Of a stretch of 64,000 bases of DNA, positions 14,101 to 27,768 are shown piece by piece; position 1 is the stretch's first letter; each line of letters starts with the position of its first letter. The stretch spans positions 8,558,001 to 8,622,000 of the forward strand of contig NC_087245.1 of NCBI RefSeq assembly GCF_037042905.1. Reading direction: 5' to 3'. The notes below the pieces were generated by a model. It did no database searches, was not told the DNA's origin, and was given only the letters and a program-made list of their open reading frames with translations. This stretch comes from Lytechinus pictus (taxonomy: Eukaryota). The position numbers and the translations under genes were made by a program.

Positions 14101-14606
14101 CATTTGATCCCAAGAGAGAGGGAAATAAAAACTTCTTTTTAAATCATTATTTTGCATCAGATTTCAAAATCACTATTTAGATTGAGTTTACCTTGAATCT
14201 TTGGAGGATTGGATTCATTTCTTTTCCTCTTTATTTTTTCACTCATAATTTTGTGTATTATCAATATTATCTTATTTTTATATTTTCGTTTTTTTCTACT
14301 GTTTCTGGCAGTATTTGACCTCAGGAATAACATACTAAAAATCTGCCAAAATCCGCACATGGGAAACTAGTTATTTTCAAGATGGCGTCCAAGATGGCCG
14401 CCATTCACTGAAAATGGATATAACTCACTCATTATCCAGCCTAGAATCCTATTTGGATTCATATTCCATGGTGCAGTGGGTAAACAAATTTATTGATACA
14501 AGTTAGAGTGAATATTAGCACTCCAGGGTACCAGGAAAATCAAAGATGGCGCCCATAATGGCTGCCGTAGGCGAAAAAATCCAAAATTCATCTATTACTT
14601 ACTTAA

Positions 14607-14769
14607 AGGGATGGTCCAGGCTGAAAATATTTATATCTTAATACATAGAGTAGAATTCACTGAGCAAAATGCCAAAAATTTCATCAAAATCGGATAACAA
14701 ATAATAAAGTTATTGAAGTTTAAAGTTTAGCAATATTATTAAAATACAAAAGAACAAGTGGGGATATGA
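14607..14769. mobile_element. Fragment of a TTAA MITE (family of 48959-49563)
   Basis: TTAA|AGGGATGGTCCAGGCTGAA matches the terminus of 48959-49563. Confidence 0.65.
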
Positions 14770-15310
14770 ATTCTACTTTTTCTCACAGCAACTTTGGTTA
14801 CCAATGAAGACGATTATTTTTGAAACTATGAAAAGTTAAAAACGTCGAAAGAATGTTGATTGCGTGTGTCATGTTGTTTCTTGTAATTTATTCATCAAAT
14901 GCAAAATGAATTCTACTTTTTCTCACAGCAACTTTGGTTACAAATGAAGATGATTATTTTTGAAACTATGAAAAGTTGAAAACCTCGAATAAATGTTGAG
15001 TGCATGTGTCATGTTGTTTTTGTGATTTATTCATCAAATACAATATGAATTCTACTTTTTCTCACGGCAAATTTCGTTACAAATGAAGATGATTATTTTT
15101 TTAACTATGAAAACGTCGAATGAATGTTGGCTGAGTGTGTCATGTTGTTTTTTGTAATTAATTTAAATTGAAATGCGTAACGAAATATTAATTTTCAGTA
15201 TTTTTTCTCACATCAACTTTCGATATGAATGAAGAATGAAGATAATTTTGAAATCATGTAAATGTCAAATACATGTTGATTGGCCATTTTATTTTGTTTC
15301 TTTTGATTTA
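14766..15310. repeat. ~140-bp tandem repeat, 3-4 units
   Basis: ATGAATTCTACTTTTTCTCAC...CATGTTGTTT repeated. Confidence 0.85.
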
Positions 15311-15419
15311 TTTATCAAATCCGAAATAATGAATCATCCCTTTTCTTTCTTGAACGGTCATTAATAATGATTAATTAGAATGAAACTGTCCATTATCTCT
15401 TTCATGAATTAATATTTAA

Positions 15420-16003
15420 AGGAGAATGAAACTCTTGGAGCAAGTTAGCTTTTGTGAAAGCAGAAAAATCAAAGAATAAGATCAACAAAAGTTTGAGTAA
15501 AATAGGACTAGCAATAGAAGAGTTATGAGCATTTGAATTTCGAGATCACTAATGCTATGGAGATCCTCCCATTAGCAATGCGACCAAGATCTATGATGTC
15601 ACAGATGAACAACTCTCCCCTTTTGGACACTGAAAATATACCCCAAAACATCTCTTTTTGCTCATTCTAATCATATGACAAACGATTCATCAATGATATA
15701 ATGTTGTGAAACCTCTGTACTTGTCCTCTCATAAAGAGAACACATCACCTTGTGATAGACTCTATAAAAGTGAGAATATAAGTGAAATAAGTACTAAAGT
15801 AATGAGGGAGTTGTACGTGTGTGACATCACAGATCTTGGTCGCATTGCCAATGGGAGGATCTACATGGCATTAGTGATCTCAATATTCAAATGCTCATAA
15901 CTTTCTTATTATTCATTCAATCTTCCACAAAATTTCAACAATATGTTTCTTTGATTTTTCTCTTTGATATGGATTCAGCTGGTTTCAAGGGTTTCATTCT
16001 CCT
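15420..16003. mobile_element. Palindromic TTAA-flanked MITE (Kolobok-like)
   Basis: TTAA|AGGAGAATGAAAC...GTTTCATTCTCCT|TTAA with long imperfect arms. Confidence 0.8.
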
Positions 16004-17255
16004 TTAATATATAAATTACAAAACACACATTTTCCTTTATTTCAGTTTAAATGGCATATCCACTATAAATTTTGATATCCATCATCACGTAAACAACAAT
16101 ACTTAAAAGGCGGTATCGTGCCAGAAAGGTTTATGATGTGCGCCCGCCGAGTATGCGGTCGGTTGTGAATCGACGTGTTTTGCAGTAAAACTTACTGGTG
16201 ATGAATGTAAGTGATTAGTTACTGTTACTGTGATTAAATCTTGTCTTGAATCTTTGTTAGAAGTGTGATTATGTTTCAGAAGTTGAGAAATGAGAAGCTT
16301 GGCTATAATTTGGGGAATGGGGAGAAACCCGACATGAAAATGAAAATATTCCAAATACGATCCCATTTGAAGGTGTAGCGAGTGTAATGTGACCAAATAT
16401 ATATCGGACGATTCACTCCAGACACGTCCAGACAGGACAGCACGTGCGTGAGCTGAAAGATGTAGGCCTGTCTGGTTTTAGACTTTTAGTAATACTGTAG
16501 AAGCTGTTATTTTCGCGGGGGTTTTATTTTCGCGGATTTCGCGAATTGCCGATCGGCCGCGAATTTAACAACACGCGAAAATATTGACACATTTCTTAGT
16601 CAGTGCCAATGTCCCCAACAGCAAAGCTTTCCTGTAGAAAACATCCTTTGTAGTGAGTAAATGGAGATATGCACCTGTATATGTACAAAAAAATAAGGCT
16701 TAGAAAGTACAGTTAGTGATTCAAAAAGTTAGCTAGAATTTCACTTTTTTTAATTTCTCAAACAAAATCAGAGCCTAAACTATTTTCTAATATTATTTTA
16801 TCAATATTTATATACTCTCTGTAATATCAAAATGTATTTTTCATGAAATAATTTGATTTTATTTTCATCTGATTGACTCTATACACACGTATTGGCAGCT
16901 ATTTGCATACTCATTAATATTCATAAGTCACATGACCAGATCTTTTCAAGGTGAAGATTCTGTTCACAAAATTCCACATTTTTGCATTTTTACCAACTTT
17001 TTGAAAAATGAATCGAACAAATCACAAATTCCAAAGATTGATTAACCCTGTAGATTACAGATCTAATTGTGGCATGATGAATTTTCAGATCTAAAGGTAA
17101 AAAAAAGTGAAATTCAAGCCACCTTTTTCCACAGTTTGTAACTGTTTTTACAGGGACATATTTATGTACAAAAGACACATCAGCCTTTCATTTCATTCGA
17201 TCTGAACTAAAAAATAAACACACATTCTCTCGCAACCATTGAATGGGATCGTAAC

Positions 17256-17628
17256 TAGGCCCGACTTGTATAACTCAAATAATAGTCATTTACTAATAGC
17301 TTACACAGTCATACAATCTACATTTGTAGCCGCAGCCTCACACTAACTCACATTACTCAAATCCGATTACAAAACAGATTCAACCCAAAATATTCAGCTT
17401 CTCGTAATTTCGTGGTTTTCAGAAATATCTTAATTAGCGCACGCTGACTCTCGCCATCATTGGATAGGTTCAAAACTCAAATATAACTGAAAATCTTAAT
17501 ATAACTCAAATGAGTGCAAATGGATATTATTTTTTATATTTCAGGGTAAAATTTCGGATACCCGTCCGCCGTCCGGTTTTCAGTGTCGGGTATCCGAATA
17601 TTGAAATATCCGTTTCAAGTCAGGCCTA
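17256..17628. mobile_element. Short TIR element
   Basis: TIRs TAGGCCCGACTTG / CAAGTCAGGCCTA; no TSD seen. Confidence 0.5.
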
Positions 17629-17747
17629 GTTTCAATGGTTGAATAAAAAATTGGGACAAGTTACAAGGACAGTCAGTGGTCCAATATGTTCAAAAATCCA
17701 AGATGGCTTCCAAAAATGGAGTAAAAAAAATGCTGTTGCTACTTTAA

Positions 17748-18885
17748 AACAAGTGGAATGCCTCTGGCCGTCTCACCTGCATCACGCGATTCAATATAGC
17801 AGCAGTGCTGATTTTGAAAACTACTATAACTCGCACAAGATGTTCAGTGATACTTGGTTACTCTTATTTCCACGTTTTATGAACTAGACCAATACACTTA
17901 TAGAGATATGATGGCAATTCAACAAATACCCCCAACGTGGCCAAAGTTCTTTGACCTTACATGACCTTTGACCTTGATCATGTGACCTGAAACTCGCACA
18001 GGATGTTCAGTGATACTTGATTACTATTATGTCCAAGTTTTATGAACTAGACCAACACACTTTCAAATTTATGGCTGTAATTCAACAAATACCCCAATTT
18101 GGCCAAAGTTCATTGACCCTAAATGACCTTTGACCTTGATCATGTGACCTGAAACTTGCACAGGATGTTCAGTAATACTTGATTACTATTATGTCCAAGT
18201 TTCATGAATCAGATCCATAAACTTTCAAAGTTATGATGGTAATTCAACAAATACCCCAATTTGGCCAAAGTTCATTGACCCTAAATGACCTTTGACCTTG
18301 ATCATGTGACCTGAAACTTGCACAGGATGTTCAGTAATACTTGATTACTATTATGTCCAAGTTTCATGAATCAGATCCATAAACTTTCAAAGTTATGATG
18401 GTAATTCAACAGATACCCCCAATTCGGCCAAAGTTCATTGACCCTAAATGACCTTTGACCTTGGTCATGTGATGTGAAACTCATGCAGGATGTTCAGTGA
18501 TACTTGATTAACCTTATGTATAAGTTTCATGAACTAGGTCCATATATTTTCTAAGTTATGATGACATTTCAAAAACTTAAACTTAGGTTAAGATTTTGAT
18601 GTTGATTCCCCCAACATGGTCTAAGTTCATTGACCCTAAATGACCTTTGACCTTGGTCATGTGACATGAAACTCAGGCAGGATGTTCAGTAATACTTGAT
18701 TAACCTTATGGCCAAGTTTCATGAACTAGGTCCATATACTTTCTAAGTTATGCTGTCATTTCAAAAACTTAACCTCAGGTTAAGATTTGGTGTTGACGCC
18801 GCCGCCGCCGCCACCGTCGCCGCCGCCGTCGCCGTCGGAAAAGCGGCGCCTATAGTCTCACTCTGCTATGCAGGTGAGACAAAAA
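17748..18885 (-). mobile_element. HINE family A copy (inserted in a foldback element)
   Basis: Same termini and tandem core; near-identical to 4488-5448. Confidence 0.82.
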
Positions 18886-21501
18886 AACCTAGGTTGTTCA
18901 ATATCCGGGAATATGATTTTTGTGCTTATTCCATGGTTAAATGGGTCAAATAATACATTGGGGTAGGTTACAAGGACGATGGGTGGTCAAGTATGTCCAA
19001 AAGTCCACAGTGGCTTAAAAAAAATAGTAAGTTAGCCGCTGGTATTTACAAATTGGCATAGTTCATGTAATATCCGTCAAGGGAATATGATTTTGATGTC
19101 TGTACCATGGTTTTAAAAGTCAGAAAGTCAGATACAAGGACAGTCAGTTGTCCAGTATGTCGAAAATCCAAGATGGCTTCCAAAAGATCAGAGTCTAAAA
19201 TGACTGCTGTTACTTAAAAAATGGACATAGTTCATTTAAAATCCACCAAGGAGATATGATTTCGGTGTCCACACTATGGTTCATGGTTAAAAGAATACGT
19301 TTGGACTAGTTACATTTATATGCAGTTGTCCATTTTGCCTAAAAATCCAAGAGGGTTTTCAAAAAAGGCATCTAAAACGACTCATATCACTCAATAATGG
19401 TCAGAGTTCTACAACATCTATCTGTAAGAAATAATGTTGGTGACTAGATTGTGGTATGAAGGGTCAAATAATACATTCGGACAAGTAACAAGGATGGTTA
19501 GTATTCCATTTTGTCAAAAGAAATCCATGGCGGATTCTAAAATTTCATCAAATTGGGTGCTTTTACCAGCTCATGAAACGATATGATAACTTATCCCCAT
19601 GCATTTAAGTGTAGGCACCAAGATTATTTCTCACAGGTGGATATTGTATGAACTATGTCAATTTTTAAGTAACAGCAATCACTTTAGAACCCCTTTTTTG
19701 AAGCCAAATTGGATTTTAAGGCAAAATGGATAATCGCATATCATGGTAATCAGTCCCAAAGTGTTTTTTACCCTTGAAGCCCTAGTGTAGACACCAAAAT
19801 AATATCCCAAGGTGTATTTGTATCCACTTTTAAGTAACAATCAGTCATTTTAAGACCCCTATTTTTAAAGCCATCTTCGATTTTTGGACATATTATGACA
19901 CCTGACTGTCCTTTCAACTTAACCCAATGTATTACTTAACCCTCTAAACTCTAGTGTAGACAGCAAAATCATACCTCGAAGGTATATTTCTAATAAACGA
20001 TGTATACTTTTAAGTAACAAAAGTCAATTTACACCCCATTTTTTAAGTCATCTTGATTTTTTTAAACATACAGACAACTGACTGGTCTTGTAACTTACCC
20101 TAGTGTATTACTTGACCCTTTAAACCATGTTTTAGACACCGAACTCATATTCGCCAGACAGATATTGAACAAACTATGTCCTATTATAAGTAACATCAAA
20201 CATTTTTTTACTCCATTTTTGGAAGCAATCTTGGAATTTTGGACATATACTAGATCACTGAATCTCATTGTAACTTGTCCTAATACATAATTTGACCCTT
20301 GAAACCATAGTTCAGACCCCATAATCATATCTCACAGGCGGATATAAATGAGCTTTGCCACTTTTAAGTAACATCAGTCAATTTAGAATCAATTTTTGGA
20401 AGCCAACTTAGATTTTTTGACAAACCAGGCCACTGACTGTCCTTGTAACTTATCCTAATATATTATTTGACCCTTGAAACCAGTGGTTTAGACATCAAAA
20501 TCACTTCTCCCTGGCCAAAATGGAATGAGCTATGTCCGCTTTAAGTATTAGCAGCCATTTAAGAATCTATTTTTGGAATCCATCGCAGATTTTTGCACAT
20601 ACCAGACCACTGGCTTTCTTTGTAATTTGTCCCAATTTATTATTTGACCTATTTAACCATGGTATAGACACAGAAATCATATTTCTGGATATTGAGCAAA
20701 CTATGTCGGTTATTTTTAAATTAGCAACAGCAATTTTAGACTCATTTTTGGAAGCCATCTTGGATTTTTTAACATATTGGACCACTGACTGTCCTTGTAA
20801 CTTGTCCCAATGTCTTATTTGACCATTGAAAACATGGTCTTGATACCAAAATCATTATATCCCAGGCGGATATGAAATGAAAAATGTCCCTTTTAATTAT
20901 CAACAGCCATTTTAAACTCCATTTTTGGAAGCCATCTTGGAGTTTTGGACACCATTTCGGATTTTTGGACACACCAGACAACTGGCTGTCCTTGTAACTT
21001 GTTCCAATGTACTACTTCACCTTTAAAAGCATTGAATAAAAAACAAATTAAAGCCACTTAGATGAATTGTGGATTTTCAGCCTACGGCAGCCATTTTGGA
21101 TTTGCTAGGTACACTGGAGGGCTTATAAATCACTCTAGCCTGTATCAACAATTTTTACCCCTTAGACCATTGAATATGAACCGAAATAGGATTCAAGGGT
21201 GGATAATGAGTCAGTTGTATCCATTTTGAGTGAATGGCGGCCATCTTGGACGCCATCTTGAAAATAACCACTTTCCCAGATGCGGATTTTGGTAGATTTT
21301 TAGTATGTTATTCCTGAGGTCAAATAGTACAAAAAAACGTTGAAAAATCATTTGTTGCAATTTGTTCCGGGTAAGGGTATTTTTGGTCGTATATTGACCC
21401 GTCTACTGACTTCTTTACTTTTCAGAAGTACAATGCATAAAAGAGTCAGTTCCTCATCAATTTTTGGCACATTACACCTCTGCAAAGATAATCCAACTTA
21501 C

Positions 21502-21814
21502 CAGAATCACTGAATTCAAAATCCTGGAGGAACTTCAAGCATTCGCTCAGTCCTGCAAAGATAGTGAACTCTCCATCAAATGGGTTCTTCCTAAAGAAGA
21601 AGTCAAAGACAGCACTGTCATTGTTCCGATCACTCTTCCAGTAAGCATAAGCCATGGTCACCTGGTATTGATCTGTGAGCAAGGGCTGGACAAGTCCATA
21701 GGGGTAGCTGGCTGCCCTCCGCAGCTCAGCAGCTGAAAGGCCATTCATCACAGGATCTTTGCTGCCGCTGCTGCTGTTGTTAAGGGATGTGTTGGGGTTT
21801 GCATCCCCAGACAT
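21502..21814 (-). CDS. NAPRT: Nicotinate phosphoribosyltransferase, coding exon 1
   Basis: ORF MSGDA...[16 protein letters not shown]...[22 protein letters not shown] matches the NAPRT N-terminus; GTAAGT donor at 21501 (phase 1); candidate acceptor AG at 21838-21839 upstream of the ATG. Confidence 0.93.
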
Positions 21815-23165
21815 CTTGGGTTCTCACCGTGACAGACCTAGATTTTGCTGGATGTGAAAGAGAAGGCCTGGTAATCACAAAAGCTTTTATCTACTGCATT
21901 CACTGTTATGGCCTATACAATGCAAGCTAAATCATGGTCCCAAGCCCTTGGACAAGGACGCCCATTTTTTTTAGCAAATCATGGCCCACATCACTCTCTC
22001 CTAAATAAATGCAGTAAAGAAATAAATTTACCTAAAGCTCGGAATAAATCCAAGTTTACATGTATCTCAGGAAGAATGCCCCCATTAGGATAAATACTTT
22101 CATCTCACATAATGATTTCTTTAAGAATGAAGTTTGTTGTAGTATTTTTGAATAACACATTTGTTGAAGCAGGACTGGATACATAATGATTCATAACACC
22201 AAACATTTATAAGTATCACAAACCATGAAAATGTACGTTGCCAACCCTGCGCCAATGGCAAAATCATACATCATAGACCATTTAACCGAGATCTTCTTGT
22301 TGAGTACAGACTGCCATTGGTAATCTACTAATAATATTAATAGAATGTACAACTAGTATGAAATTTCATCTATGTGATGAATTGCGATACACAAAAACAG
22401 TAATGGTCCAATTTCATGAGCATATACATGTACATGTACCTCTAAAGGGGTGGTGGAATTACCTTTTTCAAAAAGTTTAACAATAAAAACAATTTGTAGT
22501 GCAATTTACTTTGTTGTCCTATCAACTACATCTCATTTTAAATCTAAACAACAAAGCTACTTAATGTGAAAAATATCATTTAATAGAAGGCTTAAAATAC
22601 TATTAAAAAAATCATATGGCAGCAGAATGTATTTCATGAGGCAGGGGTGATGGAGAAAGTGGATTATATATACCCTTGTTGGAAAAATGTTTTTTTAATA
22701 TAAATTCATAGTCATATTTTCAATAGCACCAGTTTGTACAATCAGGACAAGTTCTGGAGACATTAATTTCATAGCATATGGCTATCCTAATTTACACAAA
22801 ATTTGTGCAAGATTATTTTACGGAGAAGTGGAGAACACATTTGAAATTTGTAATAAACATTGCTGTGGAAAACTAGATCACCAATTACCTATTATGGTGT
22901 AAATATTAAAGGTGATATTTGGTTAAAACCTAGTTTGAACTGAAATGGGGTGATAATTTGTAATACTTGCTAACTGTAGATATGATCTAGATCTTTGCCC
23001 ATTTTATATGTATTACTTTCTTTCCACAAGTATTTTGAGGGTGTAAAGGGTATGTACATGTAGCTATCATCACAATTTTCTGTTAAATCCTTAGATCCTG
23101 GGTTACAGCAAAGATACTGCAAGGGAAAGATCGGACACTTCAACGTTTTTTTGAAACGCTCAATT

Positions 23166-26100
23166 AATGCTCATGGGGAAGGGCGCCAACTAGAGTCGAG
23201 TAAGTAAACCTTCGCACATCAGCATGCTACTGTGAGTACACTGATGCAAATGTATATCTATTCTGTAACAAACTGCAAGCCACTAACTGGTCATTTCTAG
23301 AAAATGAAAAAGATGTAAATAAGCAATTTGAAATGTTTATACACATGTATTCAAAACTCCATGATGATAGTTTCCCTATAAAAGTAAAAAAGAAACAATA
23401 CTTTAAGAGAGATAAACCTTGGCTTACGAAATCATTGAAAAAAATGTGCAAAAAGAAGCATTTACTTTGTAAAAAATATGTTATAAATCCTACCGTTACT
23501 AACCATATGAATTATAAAGCACATAGAAATAAGGTTAACAGTGAAATAAGATATGCAAAACGTAAATACTTTGATGAAAAATTTCAGCATTTGAAAAATA
23601 ATCCTAGAGCCACTTGGAAAGTCATCAATAAAATACTAAACAGAAAGCCAAAATGTCAGAATATTAAGAACATAAACTGTGACGGAAATTATACCAGTGA
23701 TGCTCATACAATTGCTGAATCCTTTAATATGTTTTTCACTTCTATTGGCAGTACCATACACAATAAAATTGCTGAAAATACCGATTGTATACATGACCAC
23801 ACGCAATACCTTAAAGGTAACTATGTAAACTCAATGTTTTTCACTGATATTACAGAAAATGATATTCTGAAAAATTGTATTAAAACTACAGTTAAAGAAG
23901 AGTCACGGATACGACGGCTTTACTACTAAACTTATAAAGTCAACTATCCATTTTATTATTCGCCCCCTGCATGTTATTATAAAAAATTCGTTAGAATCGG
24001 GTGTCTTCCCTGATAGCCTTAAAACCGCAAGAGTTACTCCCGTTTATAAAAGTGGTGACACGGATATTTTGAATAATTATCGCCCCATTTCGGTATTGAG
24101 TGTATTTAGCAAAATATTTGAAAAAATTGCTTGTGAAAAATTAATGTCGTATTTAAGAAAAGCTGATATTTTATCTCCAAAACAATATGGATTCAGACAA
24201 GGCTATGATACAAATTTAGCTTTCATTGAGCTTGTTGACAAATTAGTGAAATCTTTTGAACAGAAGAAGATAACAGTTGGGATATTCCTTGATCTGTCGA
24301 AGGCTTTCGATTGCATGGACCATCGTATTCTATTTGACAAATTATATTTTTATGGCATTAGAGGGTTAGTTCTTAACTGGTTTAAAAGTTATTTATCAAA
24401 CCGAAAACAATATGTTGCAATTAGAAATATTAAATCTTCACCGAAAATTATTACTACCGGGATCCCTCAGGGTTCAATTCTAGGGCCAGTGTTATTCCTA
24501 ATATACATCAACGACCTTCAAAATATTAGTACTAATACATCAGTGATACAATTTGCTGATGACACTGGTTTCTTCCTGTCAGGCAATAATATTGAATTGA
24601 TAAAAAATAACTTACAAAATGAGTTGAGAATCTATGAGCAATGGTTTTTATGTAACAAATTACAAATCAATGCTAAAAAAACTTCATATGTTATATTCCA
24701 CACGAAAGGCAGATCCATCAACTGTGATATGCAATTAATGATAAATAACTTCGAAATAAAACGAGAAAATACTGTGAAATTTCTTGGCATATGGATAGAC
24801 TCACAATTAACTTGGAAAGATCATGTCGGCTATATTTCAGGGAAAATATCAAGATTTACTGGAGCATTATACAGAGTAAGGGACCTCCTCCCACTGAGGG
24901 TCCTTGTAAATTTATATTATTCGATGATTTTCTCGCATCTTACTTATGGTATAACTGTATGGGGACAATGTCATAGATACCTTTTCCAAAGATTATTTCA
25001 ACTTCAAAAACAGTCTATCCGTATTATAACAAACTCAAATTATCATGCTCACTCCGAACCATTATTCAAAAAACTACAAATCATCCCTTTGAATGACCTT
25101 TATAAGTTTCACGTTGCAGTCTTTATGTATTCTATTATACATAATCTACTTCCTCTCTCAATTAATGAATATTTCCTCTATAACTATAACGTAAATAAAT
25201 ATAACTGCAGAAATTCTACAGACCTATATATTCCACTTCTTAAATATGATGTTTCCAGAGCAAGTATATGCTATCAAGGGCCCCAGATTTGGAACAGCCT
25301 TCCAAATCATTTAAAAGATAGTCAATCATTAAACATATTCAAGAGAAAATACAAACATGCTCTCTTACATACTGTACTATAGCTTAATCTGCCTCTTATG
25401 TCATACAGCATGTTGGTGCAAATATTATTATTTTTTTTTTTTTCTTCTTTTAATTCATATTTATCATAAAATATAGAATAATTAAGTGAAATTCTAAATG
25501 TTATATATACATCTGTATCAGTATATTTATGTGTATATACGCCATAATGACTTATTACAATACAATATTATACAATATTAAATAATTAACACTTGTGTCC
25601 CCTCCTTTGCCTGCCACCCCCCCCCCCCTCTCCCCCGTTAGTTAGGATTTTAATTCCTCTGTTATCCCCTTTCTTGCATTGTGTTTGTTTTGTTTTTCCT
25701 GTTGTACGGTAATCAGGGGGATAGACCTCGATAGGCCAATGGCTTTCTGTCTTTCCCCCACATCCGCCGTACAGCGGAAATCATTGTTTATATTTACTGT
25801 GTTTTACTATCTGTTTATGACTACTTATACTTTATACTTGTCAATATCTGTTCTGTCGTATAAGATTTTTATTTGTATTTATGTATTTTTGTATTTTAAA
25901 GAGGTGTGAAATAAATGAATCTGAAATCTGAAATAAAACATATGTATGGGAAATGAGAGAGGGGATTTGGGAGAGGGCACAACCGCACAAGGGCAACTTG
26001 TGGATAATTCCACCTTTTTCTTTCCCAGAAACCTCTAAAATATATTCATCTCTAATTTTAGAGAGAAAAAATTTGGAAAAAAAAATCTTTATGTAAAAAT

Positions 26101-26217
26101 CGTCTATTCCTCCAACCCTACACAATTTCCCTCATATGTATGTTTTGTACACAACCCAAAATGGCGATACGCGAAGATTTACTTACTCAACGTTGTGGGG
26201 CGCTCTTCCCAAGCATT
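23166..26217. mobile_element. Old imperfect palindromic MITE interrupted by a LINE
   Basis: 23166-23240 joined to 25935-25954 aligns to the reverse complement of ~26125-26217. Confidence 0.6.
23241..25934 (+). mobile_element. 5'-truncated non-LTR retrotransposon (L2/Crack-like, CR1 group); RT ORF2 with one frameshift
   Basis: RT motifs YRPISVLS, FLDLSKAFD, GIPQGSILGP, FADDT, KFLG. ORFs 23333-23929 and 24069-25382 join after removing one A at ~23870. 3' end AATAAA followed by (CTGAAAT)n. Confidence 0.9.
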
Positions 26218-26738
26218 TCATTGCGCTCTCTATGTATAGTCACGTATTGTATTACTGGACACTATCATGATCCGGACGTGCATATTACTGCGTAAAAAAA
26301 CAATTCTGTACCATAGGACTACGCAGGTCAATTTTCACAGACCGATACATTAACAAGATTGCAGAAACAAAGCGAGAAAATAGATTTTTTAATTCATTTA
26401 TCTCTAAAATTACAGAAAATGCTTAAAATATCATACAGGCCTACAGAGTTTTACATTTTTAACAATCGATATATTTTCTGATGAAAAGATGGGCCTGATT
26501 TGCCGAATTTCATTTCAATCTCATCCACGCCTTCGATCGAATGTTAATCGAGGTGTGGTGTATCTATGATCGTCGACGGCCGGCCAGCTGTACTACCGTG
26601 CGCACTGTACTACCATACCGTGCGCACGGTTTACCGTGCCGTCGACGATCGATAGAACTTGTTGAGCTTCACGAGCGAGCATTATAAATATTGAAAAGAT
26701 ATGCCGGGATACATACGGAACAAGCATCTAACATGAAA

Positions 26739-27768
26739 AACAAGTGGAACGCCTCTGGCAGTCTCGTCTGCGTTACGCGATTTGATATACCAGCAGTGCT
26801 GACTTTGAAAAAGACTATTGAATAATTATTCATAAAAGAAAACACTCATATGATAATAAAATACTATGTCCATTTACCCAACATGACCTTTGACCATGAT
26901 CATGTGACCTCAGACATGTGCAAAACAACTCGATTACCTTAATATGTCTATGTTTCATGAACTACATGTGTAGATCCATAAACTTTTTAAGTTATGATGC
27001 CAATTCAACAAATACCCCCAACATGGCAAGTTCATTGACCCTAAATGACCTTTGATTTTGGTCATGTGACCTGAAACGAGCAAGGGATACATGGTTACTC
27101 TTATGTCCTAAGTTTCTATGAACTAGATCTATAAACTTTTAAAGTTATGACAATTCCACAAATACCCCCAACATTATCAAAGTTCGTTGACCCTAAATGA
27201 CCTTTGACCTTGGTCATGTGACCTGAAAATCGCACAGGATGTTCAGGGATACATAATTGCTCTTATGTCTAAGTTTCATCAACTAGATCCATAAAATTTC
27301 AAAGTTATGATGACGATTCCACAACTACCCCCAACATGGTCAAAGTTAGTTGACCCTAAGTGACCTTTGACCTTGGCCATGTGACCTGAAACTTAGGCAG
27401 GATCTTTAATGATACACTATCACCCTTATGTCCAAGTTTCATGAACTAGGTCCATACGCTTTTGAAGTTATGGCGACATTTCAAAAACTTAACCTTTGTT
27501 AAGATTTCGATATTGATTCCCCCAACATGGTCTAAGTTCATTGACCCTAAATGACCTTTGACCTTGGTCATGAAACTCAGGCAGGTTGTTCAGTAATACT
27601 TGATTACCCTTTTGTCCAAGTTTCATGAACTAGGTCCATATACTTTATAAGTTATGATGACATTTCAAAAACTTAACCTTGGTTAAGATTTCAATGTTGA
27701 CGACGCCGCCGCCGCCGTCGTAAAAGCGGCGCCTATAGTCTCGCTCTGCTATAAAGGCGAGACAAAAA
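26739..27768 (-). mobile_element. HINE family A, divergent subfamily copy
   Basis: Same architecture; subTIR variant GTCTCG/CGAGAC. Confidence 0.8.

Larger units (their letters stand above)
14284..21345. mobile_element. Large foldback element with ~180-bp tandem subunits, in the NAPRT intron
   Basis: 14312-14594 is the reverse complement of ~21058-21326; AAAATCCAAGATGGC units run forward at 17630-19570 and inverted at 19600-21030. Confidence 0.7.

Noticed and set aside
24069..25382. RT as a retron, DGR or group II intron, or a domesticated gene
   Set aside because: Motifs, 5' truncation and the tandem-repeat tail are those of an ordinary non-LTR retrotransposon
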